Shown here piece after piece: positions 46,324-53,608 of a DNA stretch of 55,863 nucleotides. The notes beneath the pieces were generated by a model, which saw only the letters and a list, made by a program, of their open reading frames with translations, ran no database searches and was not told where the DNA came from. Position 1 is the first letter of the stretch, and the number at the start of each line of letters is the position of its first letter. The position numbers and the translations under genes are program-made. The DNA comes from Candidatus Fimenecus sp. (GTDB lineage: Bacteria > Bacillota > Clostridia > Oscillospirales > Acutalibacteraceae), in contig JBJEPU010000074.1 in NCBI GenBank assembly GCA_051881395.1, positions 1 to 55,863 on the forward strand. The letters run 5' to 3'.

Positions 46324-46352
46324 AGTATACGCAAAATTCGACGAAAAATCAA
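46324..46352 (-). promoter_or_regulatory. Candidate sigma-A promoter of the MATE gene
   Basis: On the minus strand: TTGATT (46352-46347), 17-nt spacer, TATACT (46329-46324). Confidence 0.5.
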
Positions 46353-46421
46353 GGCGCAAAATGCCGAAAAATCTGCAAAAGCCGTAGCATTTTTGGGCAC
46401 AACGCAAAGGAGACTTTGTAA

Positions 46422-47162
46422 ATGGACGAGAAGATTTTGAAACTACACGAAATTTTAAAAAACAGCCGTGACATTTGCGTGTTTACGGGCGCGGGCATCA
46501 GCTGTCCGTCGGGCATACCCGATTTTCGCTCGGCAGACGGGCTTTACAACCAAAAAAGCGGCTTGAATATCCCGCCTGAGGAAATCATCAGCCACTCCTT
46601 TTTTACGGCGCATACGGATTTGTTTTATGATTTCTACAAATCCAAAATGCTCTATCCCGATGCCCTGCCCAACGCGGCGCACCGTTTTTTTGCGGACTTG
46701 GAACGGGAAGGCAAGACTGTGTCGGTCGTCACGCAAAACATTGACGGATTGCACACGGCGGCGGGCAGCAGCCGCGTGTATGAAATCCACGGGAGCGTAC
46801 TGCGCAACCACTGTATGCACTGCGGCGCATTTTACGGGGTGGACGCGATAGCGCAAAGCGACGGTGTGCCGCACTGCACAAAATGCGGCGGCATCATCAA
46901 GCCCGATGTGGTGCTGTATGAAGAACCGCTCGACGAAAAAACCGTGCGGGGTGCAGTAAACGCCATTTCGGCGGCGGATACCATGATCATTATCGGCACT
47001 TCTTTGGTGGTATACCCCGCCGCGTCGTATGTGCGGTATTTCGGCGGGGAAAACCTTGTCATTCTCAACAAAACCGCCACCGACTATGACCGCTTGGCAA
47101 ACCTTACGATTTATGACGATATTGTGCATATTGTAGAACAGGTAAAGGCAATTTATGCGTAG
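46422..47162 (+). CDS. cobB: NAD-dependent protein deacylase (Sir2/CobB family)
   Basis: FTGAGIS...PDFRS, QNIDGLH, the EIHGS catalytic His and the zinc ribbon CMHCG...CTKCGG. AAGGAG RBS. Confidence 0.9.
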   Translation: MDEKILKLHEILKNSRDICVFTGAGISCPSGIPDFRSADGLYNQKSGLNIPPEEIISHSFFTAHTDLFYDFYKSKMLYPDALPNAAHRFFADLEREGKTVSVVTQNIDGLHTAAGSSRVYEIHGSVLRNHCMHCGAFYGVDAIAQSDGVPHCTKCGGIIKPDVVLYEEPLDEKTVRGAVNAISAADTMIIIGTSLVVYPAASYVRYFGGENLVILNKTATDYDRLANLTIYDDIVHIVEQVKAIYA

Positions 47163-47196
47163 GGGCGGGTAACCTCGCCCGCTTGCGACATTTGTT

Positions 47197-47283
47197 GTCA
47201 TTCTGAGCCGTTAGGCGAAGAATCTCTTTTTGCAAAGTCTTCCCTTTGCGCTGTTTGAGATTCTTCACTTCGTTCAGAATGAC
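47197..47283 (+). repeat. Palindromic intergenic element, copy 2
   Basis: gtcattctgagccgttaggcgaagaatctc ... gagattcttcacttcgttcagaatgac. The outer and inner 10-bp segments of the two arms are perfectly complementary. It is followed by a T-rich tract. Confidence 0.85.
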
Positions 47284-47373
47284 ATATTTTTATTTTGTTA
47301 TAAATGCACGGCATAACGGTTCGGTGCTTTCTGCCGAACGATAGATTGCAGGTGTGAGGGCAAGCCCTTGCTT

Positions 47374-48156
47374 TTACAAAAGCAGTTTTACGATTTCGCT
47401 TGCCCACGAAAAATAGGTCGGCACCGTTGTGTCCAACAACGCTTTTACCGTTTGCACCTCCTGTGCAGTCAGCGCGCCGATTTTCTGAAACACATCTCCC
47501 GTTGCCTGCGTATCGCCTATGGCAATCATCGCCCGCGCATAATCCCCGACCGCCGCATACCTGCCGATTGCAAACGCTCCGACAGACAGTTCCCCGAGCG
47601 CGACAGCACCGACAGACAAAATCCCAAAGCAGACGGCGCCGACAGCAAAGATACCGACGGCAAAACAGCCGACTGCCAAAGCGCCGAACGCACACAAGCC
47701 GTATGCAAGCCCGCCGAGAGACAAAAATCCGAACGAAAGCAAGCCGACACAAAGCACGCCTACGGAAACAACGCCCTGTGCTTGCAACCCGATTGCCACA
47801 ATCCCGCGGGCGTGCAACCCAATTGCCACCACGCCGTGCGCACGCTTGCCGATATGCCAAAGCGGCAAGCCCCACAGCGTCCGTTCGCTTTTGCGTTCAC
47901 GGAATTTGCGGCGCTTGAAAGTGTCTCCGCGGACGGGTTGTGGCGTTTCGTTTTGCTCCGTCGTATCTTTCAAAAGATAGTCCAGAGAGCAGTGAAACAG
48001 CTCGCTTAACTGTATCAGTTTTTCAGTTTCGGGATAGGCAATATCGCTTTCCCATTTGCTGACCGACTGTCGCGAAACACCGAGTATATCCGCCAGCTGT
48101 TCCTGTGTGTACTGATTTTCTTTGCGCAATTTGGATAGTTTGTCGCCCAAGGTCAT
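47374..48156 (-). CDS. XRE-family HTH regulator with C-terminal hydrophobic pentad-repeat domain
   Basis: GGAGGA RBS. The N-terminus LGDKLSKLRKENQYTQEQLADILGVSRQSVSKWESD is an HTH_3 pattern. The C-terminal region has Gly at every fifth residue. Confidence 0.85.
   Translation of the reverse strand: MTLGDKLSKLRKENQYTQEQLADILGVSRQSVSKWESDIAYPETEKLIQLSELFHCSLDYLLKDTTEQNETPQPVRGDTFKRRKFRERKSERTLWGLPLWHIGKRAHGVVAIGLHARGIVAIGLQAQGVVSVGVLCVGLLSFGFLSLGGLAYGLCAFGALAVGCFAVGIFAVGAVCFGILSVGAVALGELSVGAFAIGRYAAVGDYARAMIAIGDTQATGDVFQKIGALTAQEVQTVKALLDTTVPTYFSWASEIVKLLL
47557..47856 (-). repeat. 15-nt periodic coding repeat (20 consecutive [A/S/C]-[V/I/F/L]-G-x-x pentads)
   Basis: Residues 101-200 of the XRE protein have Gly at positions 103, 108, 113 ... 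198 without interruption. Confidence 0.85.
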
Positions 48157-48274
48157 ACGGTATCCTCCGCCCTATATAATCTGTTGACAAAAGCATACCC
48201 TTTTTTCTGCGATTTTGCAATCATTTTACGGTTTCTAAATGTAAACCGCAGGTTGCATTTTGCGCAAATCTTTC

Positions 48275-49195
48275 CTATTCCTTGCGCACGGCAAGACAAT
48301 AATTTACATTGTCAAACGCACGCAGAGGTGTTTCGGGGTTGGCACGGTTATGCAAAGCAAAATACTGCGCGGTAATTTCGTCAGGTGTCAAATGTTCATA
48401 CACGCGAAAGCCGCAGTCGGAAAGCAACCGTGTGAGCGTCGGCAGGCTGTATCCACCGTACATTCTCTCCCCTGCCGCGGATGCAAGCATTGCCTGCTTT
48501 TGCGCGCGAACGCCTGCCGTTTCGCCAAAGGCGTTTTCATCGGGATAGTCAAACACCAAACTGCTGCCCGCACAAAGCAACGCTCGAAGTGTGCGTAACA
48601 GGCGGACAAAATCCGCCGTCGGCAGATAATACACAAGCCCCAGCAAGCTGCAAAAGGTCGGCGTATCCTCGTCAAAATCGGGATGCTGTACGAGGAGTTG
48701 CTCCCACCCCGAAACGGTTAAATCCGCGGCAAGATACCGCACATTTTCGGGCGGGGTAATCCCGGCGCGTGCAAGGCGGGCTATTTTGTCTTGTACAGTT
48801 TTTACACGGTCAAGCTCAAAAATGCAAAGCTGTTCGGCAAATGTAGGCTGTCGATACGCAAAAGTATCATACCCCGCGCCCAAAAGCACATATTGCTTTG
48901 CGCCGATTTTTGCCGCAGTTCGGAGCGCGTGCTCCGAAAATACGGCGCGGCCGAGCACCGACGGGCAAAGATATTCCGTGGCAATCAAGCATAGCGCCTG
49001 TTCTTTTGTGCCCGAAAACTGCGGGGCAAAAAACGAAATACCGTTTGCCATATGCGCCCCGACGGTGCGATACTCTTCGTCTGACAGGAGCTTGCGCGAT
49101 ACATTGTCCTCCAACACCCGCACTGCGTACCGCTCGTTGTGCCACGCGCGGGCAAACAGGCTGACAAGTGCGGTCATACTTTCTTTTTTCTGCAT
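48275..49195 (-). CDS. Class I SAM-dependent methyltransferase (leucine carboxyl methyltransferase/TcmP-like O-MT family)
   Basis: Start trimmed to MQKKESMTAL (GTGAGGTGA RBS). VLLGAGYDTFAYR is the SAM-binding block typical of the LCM family. Confidence 0.7.
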   Translation of the reverse strand: MQKKESMTALVSLFARAWHNERYAVRVLEDNVSRKLLSDEEYRTVGAHMANGISFFAPQFSGTKEQALCLIATEYLCPSVLGRAVFSEHALRTAAKIGAKQYVLLGAGYDTFAYRQPTFAEQLCIFELDRVKTVQDKIARLARAGITPPENVRYLAADLTVSGWEQLLVQHPDFDEDTPTFCSLLGLVYYLPTADFVRLLRTLRALLCAGSSLVFDYPDENAFGETAGVRAQKQAMLASAAGERMYGGYSLPTLTRLLSDCGFRVYEHLTPDEITAQYFALHNRANPETPLRAFDNVNYCLAVRKE

Positions 49196-49295
49196 TGCAA
49201 TCACCTCACTATTCTCAATACCATATTTTTTGCGGCAGAACAAGACTTGATTTTTGCGGCGATTTGTGGTAATATACAGACAGAAAAAAGAAAAA

Positions 49296-49334
49296 AATTT
49301 TTAAAAGAGATGCCGTTTTTGTGTCGGCATCTCT
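49296..49334 (-). terminator. Rho-independent terminator of the vWA gene
   Basis: agagatgccg (49306-49315) pairs with cggcatctct (49325-49334). The minus-strand tail is T-rich. Confidence 0.8.
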
Positions 49335-49348
49335 TTTTCGTGGGCGGA

Positions 49349-50017
49349 TTATTTCTTGCGGCGGGTTTGCATATCATTTTCAATCCGTGCTTTCCAATCG
49401 GCGGAAAGCGGCAAACTTGCCCGCATCATCAAGACGGTATCGCTGACCACATCGTAATTCAACTGCGTACCTGCACTGTCCGAACAATAGGTAACCGCGC
49501 GGTCGGCACCAATACCGAACTGTGATGCGGTTTCCACTGCGTCGATATTTGCGCCCAAGAACAAAAACTCCCACCCGTATTTTTCCTGTTCGTGCCGTAC
49601 CATCTGCTTAACGCGTTCTGCCGTATAGTGACGGCTCGCATTTTCAAAACCGTCCGTAATGATGACAAACAGGGTGTGCGCGGGTACATCCTCGGGGCGG
49701 GCGTATTTGTGAATGTTGCCGATATGGTGTATCGCGCTGCCGAGTGCGTCCAAAAGCGCGGTACAGCCGCCGACAAAATAGGTCTTGTCGGTCATCGGTT
49801 CCACACTTTGCAAATCGACGCGGTCATGCAAAACCTCTGCCGTATCTGCAAACAAAACCGTGGAAACATACACTTTCCCGTCCTCTTTTTTCTGTTTTTC
49901 CAGCATCGAATTAAACCCGCCGATGGTGTCTTGCTCCAAACCGTGCATCGAGCCGCTGCGGTCCAAGACGAATACCAATTCCGTTGTGTTGTTTTTTGCA
50001 TTTTCGTTGTTTTTCAT
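49349..50017 (-). CDS. von Willebrand factor A domain protein (cytoplasmic, stand-alone)
   Basis: AGGAGGAA RBS. LVFVLDRSGSM is a MIDAS DxSxS motif. It has no signal peptide or TM segment. Confidence 0.8.
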   Translation of the reverse strand: MKNNENAKNNTTELVFVLDRSGSMHGLEQDTIGGFNSMLEKQKKEDGKVYVSTVLFADTAEVLHDRVDLQSVEPMTDKTYFVGGCTALLDALGSAIHHIGNIHKYARPEDVPAHTLFVIITDGFENASRHYTAERVKQMVRHEQEKYGWEFLFLGANIDAVETASQFGIGADRAVTYCSDSAGTQLNYDVVSDTVLMMRASLPLSADWKARIENDMQTRRKK

Positions 50018-50030
50018 TTTTATTTCCTCC

Positions 50031-50080
50031 TAAAAAATAATACTGTGGCAGTCGGTGTGTTTCACCTGACAGCCACAGTA
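50031..50080 (-). terminator. Terminator of the tri-domain ligase gene
   Basis: tactgtggcagtc (50041-50053) pairs with gacagccacagta (50068-50080), 13 bp with one mismatch. On the minus strand it is followed by TTATTTTTT. Confidence 0.65.
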
Positions 50081-50126
50081 TAGTACTTTTAAAGCGGAAC
50101 CAGGTCGCTTGAAAAGCGACAAATGC

Positions 50127-52691
50127 TTATTCGGTTTGAAACGCCTTGTCCTGCAACGCCAAAATTGCGTCCTGCACCTCTTTTGTGAGCGTCGGCACAT
50201 CCTTGCCGTCGGGCAAAATCGCTTTTCCGAAATTCACATCGACTTTGAATTTTTTCATATGCTTCCAATCAAAAAAACGGAGCATTTTACGGTCGCGTGG
50301 CAAAATATCGTACGCACCTTTTACATACACGGGTACAATCGGCACGCCCGCATCAATTGCCAAAACACTCGCGCCGCTTTTCATTTCGCGAAATATGCCG
50401 TCCGCACTGCGCGTGCCCTCGGGGTGAATGACAACGCCCCAATGCTCGTGCAATTTGTCACAAAGGCTGTTCATGGTTTTCATATTGATGCCACTGCGGT
50501 CTACGGGCACCATACCCGCCGATTTAATCAATTTACGGCTGAACGGGTCATTGCGGAACAGTTCCTTTTTCGCCATACAGCAAAGTTTTTGGTACCGTGC
50601 TTTGGAAAAGGCCGAAGCAATATACAAATAGTCGATTTTGGAAACATGGTTCGCGCAAATAATAAATCCTGTATCCGTCGGCACATTCTCAAAATTGTGT
50701 ATCCGCAATTTATAGACAAACCGCGCCGCATTGCGGAAAAAGCAGTAGGCATAATAGTCGCTGTTCGTTTTTTCCTGCGGGTAATCAACATCCTCTTGCC
50801 CGATAACTTCGTTTTTCGTGCCTTTGTTTTGGAGCGCCGCCACAACATCGCGCACGGTCATTGCGTCATTATAATAGCTTTCAATGTTGATGTGGTAAAT
50901 ATCTTCCAGCTCCAACGCCAAATTGATAGAGCTTAACGAGTCAATCGACAGTTCCGAAAAGATTTTGGTGTCGGGGGTAATTTCCGCCACATCGGTATTT
51001 GCTACGCGCGCCACAATCTGCCGCACCGTTAAAAGCATATCGCTTTCGTCTGCTGCCGGCATCGGTAAAGGCTCGGCGGGCTGTTGGTCTGCCGTCAGTG
51101 CCTGCTGCTTTAACAAATAGCGTTTCGGCTTTTGCAAAGAAGTCCGCGGAATTTCGGCGACAAAATGGGTTTTCGCCACGCGCATATACTGTGTAAGCTG
51201 TGCGCTTTTCTCCCGCATGGCGGCAGTGATGGCATCCAGCCGTTCTTTGGCGGTGGTTTCGGGCACAATAAAGGCATGAATATCGTCATAATCTGCGCCC
51301 TCGTGCGGCACGCCGCAAATGACAAATTCCTTGACGCCGGGCAGGTCGGAATACTTCTCCTCGACATCGTCGGGCGTCATTTTTTTGCCGTTTGCAAGCA
51401 CAATATTCTCTTTGGAACGCCCCGTAATGCGCACATAGCCGTTTTCATCCTGCGAGCCGAGGTCGCCGGTCATAAACCAGCCGTCCTCGGTAAAGGCGGC
51501 TTTGGTCGCCTCTTCGTCACGGAAATAGCCCTTCATCATAAAGGGGGATTTTATCAGCAATTCGCCGCTGTCACTGATTTTCAAGGAAACCGCCGGATAC
51601 GGCTTGCCGCAGGAATCGGTTTGAATATCCTCGGGGCGGTTGCCGACGGTGGGAATGTTGGTCTCCGTCGCGCCGTAGGTAATGAGAATATTAAAGCCCG
51701 TGCCGTAATAAAAATCGGCAACCTCTTTGGAAAGCGGCGCACCCGCCGAGCAGAGAAATTGCAGACTGCCGCCGAAGCCCTCGTGAATGGATTTGAACAG
51801 TTTTTTGCCCAATAAACTGCCGTTTTTGCGGCGCAGTTTTAAGCAAATCGGGAAAAAGACCTTGAACATCACACGGGTGACGGCTTTGGAATTGATTTTA
51901 CGCAAAATCTGCGTCATAAACAGCTCGTACAGCTTCGGTACACCGGGCAACACCGTGGGGTGCACCTCCGAAAACGCACCGAGCACCGCCTCGGCGCTTA
52001 ACGACTCGATATAATGCACCTGTGCGCCCGAAAGGGCGGGACCCAATACCAAACAAATCAAACCGTAAATATGGCTGTTCGGTAACACCGACAAAAAGCG
52101 CTCCTCGCTGGTTAAATGCTGTTCACGAAGCGTCATTTGTGTGGTTTTTATGAGGCTTTCGTGGCAATGCATAATCCCTGCCGCCTTGCGCGTAGTGCCT
52201 GAGGAGAAAATGATGCAGGCGATGCTTTCGTCCTTATCGGGCGTTTCGGGCAAGTCCGACGAAACCGTCGTGCGATACCCCGCAAGCGGTGACGCGTCTA
52301 AAATATTGAATACGGGAAACAAAAAGGACGGGATTTCTTGGAATTTCGCCGCCGTTTTGGGCGAAAAAAACGCCGCGCGCACATCGGAACGAAGAATAAA
52401 CTCCGTGAGCTCCGCTGCCGCCATCGACGCGTCTATCAAAGCCGCTGTGCAATGCAATTTGCACGCAGCCAAAAATGCAATTGTCCATTCCGGGCAACTT
52501 TCCGAAACGAAAGCCACACGGTCGCCCGCCGTAACACCTGCCGCCGCCAAACTGTCGGCATACTTGTCCACCTGTGCGAACACCTCGCCGTAAGTATAGG
52601 CGCGGCGTTCGCCGTTGTCCATGGTCATGGACATGGCGCGGGCTGTGGGGCGGGATTGGTTGATTTCATAAACCGTTTCAAAAATATTCAT
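50127..52691 (-). CDS. Tri-domain fusion: AMP-dependent acyl ligase, phosphopantetheine carrier domain and PlsC-type lysophospholipid acyltransferase
   Basis: The order N to C is as follows. First IIFSSGTTRKAAG / GWFMTGDLG / GRSKENI (adenylation). Then SELSIDSLSSINLALELE (carrier Ser). Then ICANHVSKIDY (HX4D) and HPEGTRS (PlsC). Confidence 0.8.
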   Translation of the reverse strand: MNIFETVYEINQSRPTARAMSMTMDNGERRAYTYGEVFAQVDKYADSLAAAGVTAGDRVAFVSESCPEWTIAFLAACKLHCTAALIDASMAAAELTEFILRSDVRAAFFSPKTAAKFQEIPSFLFPVFNILDASPLAGYRTTVSSDLPETPDKDESIACIIFSSGTTRKAAGIMHCHESLIKTTQMTLREQHLTSEERFLSVLPNSHIYGLICLVLGPALSGAQVHYIESLSAEAVLGAFSEVHPTVLPGVPKLYELFMTQILRKINSKAVTRVMFKVFFPICLKLRRKNGSLLGKKLFKSIHEGFGGSLQFLCSAGAPLSKEVADFYYGTGFNILITYGATETNIPTVGNRPEDIQTDSCGKPYPAVSLKISDSGELLIKSPFMMKGYFRDEEATKAAFTEDGWFMTGDLGSQDENGYVRITGRSKENIVLANGKKMTPDDVEEKYSDLPGVKEFVICGVPHEGADYDDIHAFIVPETTAKERLDAITAAMREKSAQLTQYMRVAKTHFVAEIPRTSLQKPKRYLLKQQALTADQQPAEPLPMPAADESDMLLTVRQIVARVANTDVAEITPDTKIFSELSIDSLSSINLALELEDIYHINIESYYNDAMTVRDVVAALQNKGTKNEVIGQEDVDYPQEKTNSDYYAYCFFRNAARFVYKLRIHNFENVPTDTGFIICANHVSKIDYLYIASAFSKARYQKLCCMAKKELFRNDPFSRKLIKSAGMVPVDRSGINMKTMNSLCDKLHEHWGVVIHPEGTRSADGIFREMKSGASVLAIDAGVPIVPVYVKGAYDILPRDRKMLRFFDWKHMKKFKVDVNFGKAILPDGKDVPTLTKEVQDAILALQDKAFQTE

Positions 52692-52864
52692 AGGTCGCTC
52701 CGATACACAAAATATACACGGTATAGGCTTTTATGCTATACACACAGAGTGTATCATAAAGCAAGGGAAATGTCAAACATTTCGACTGTTTTCACAACAT
52801 TTTCACCAAAAATAGACCGACAAGTTTCCTTTTCCCTGCTTTTTGTTTGTAAAGTTTTATGGCT

Positions 52865-53596
52865 TTACACACTTCGACTGCCGTAATTGATATTCGCTTT
52901 ACGCGCCTGGCTGTGCTGTTCTTTACGCGGCACACGGTAGAGTTTGCCGTCCTTACGAAAGCGGGCGCCTGTTTGCTGAAAGAAAAAAGGTACATTTGCC
53001 GCAATGCACTGCGCGCGAATATCCAAAATCCATTGGTAATCGCACACGCGTGCGTCTTCGCCCGACTCCCCCGCCGCCGTCACGCCGCGAATTTCAGGCG
53101 TTAAAAATTCGGACAAGTCTATCGGGGTAAGCAACGGCGAACAGATGATTTCTTTATATTTCGCTTTTGCCGAAAGTAAGTACGGCAAACGGTAATCGGC
53201 GCGGTCTTGATTTTCCACGGTACAGCAAACCACCACATTGTCGTACCCGTCGCCCCAATCGGGCGGCAGGCATTTTGAGAAACGGTCAATGCGTTTGGTG
53301 ATAAACAAAAAGGTGCAGTCGCTTCGCGTTTTCATCATTTCCCACGCTTCCTCTCGCCAAACGTCGGCATCTTCCAACAGAAAATCCGATGTAAAACAGG
53401 TGTAAATAAGCGTACCTGCGGGGATTTTGTAATTGCCTTTGCGGTCTTTTTTGAGGGGCAGATTAAAATTTTGCGTTTTATAGACAGCACTGCTGTCGCG
53501 GTCATATTTCGCATCGGTTCGATAGACATAGCAATGTTTGCACCCCGTGCTGATTTTTTGACACCCGTGCCACAAATTCCAAGTCACCGATTGCAT
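52865..53596 (-). CDS. DUF5131 (phage Gp37/Gp68-like) three-Cys-motif protein
   Basis: AAGAGGAG RBS 12 nt after the uvrA stop. WNLWHGCQKISTGCKHCYVY is the family's N-terminal Cys motif. Confidence 0.7.
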   Translation of the reverse strand: MQSVTWNLWHGCQKISTGCKHCYVYRTDAKYDRDSSAVYKTQNFNLPLKKDRKGNYKIPAGTLIYTCFTSDFLLEDADVWREEAWEMMKTRSDCTFLFITKRIDRFSKCLPPDWGDGYDNVVVCCTVENQDRADYRLPYLLSAKAKYKEIICSPLLTPIDLSEFLTPEIRGVTAAGESGEDARVCDYQWILDIRAQCIAANVPFFFQQTGARFRKDGKLYRVPRKEQHSQARKANINYGSRSV

Positions 53597-53608
53597 AAGG
53601 CACTCCTC

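Noticed and set aside
46422-47162. Sir2-domain gene as an anti-phage defence effector (Thoeris/DSR/SIR2-HerA type)
   Set aside because: It is a 246-aa canonical CobB-type deacylase with a zinc ribbon and the catalytic His. It has no fused sensor domain and no partner gene, and it is monocistronic and divergent from a MATE gene.
47198-48009. Long Arg/Cys/Gln-rich ORFs on both strands (47198-47875 minus, 47368-48009 plus, 47400-47918 plus) overlapping the XRE gene
   Set aside because: They are frame-shifted or antisense read-throughs of the 15-nt periodic repeat. They have no RBS, implausible composition, and run across the palindromic element. The XRE frame has a clear HTH domain and a GGAGGA RBS.
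49349-50017. Stand-alone vWA protein as part of a multi-gene system (MoxR/vWA, ternary defence or secretion module)
   Set aside because: There is no AAA+ ATPase, protease, kinase or membrane partner nearby. It is flanked by its own RBS and terminator. The neighbouring methyltransferase has a separate start and a 153-nt gap.
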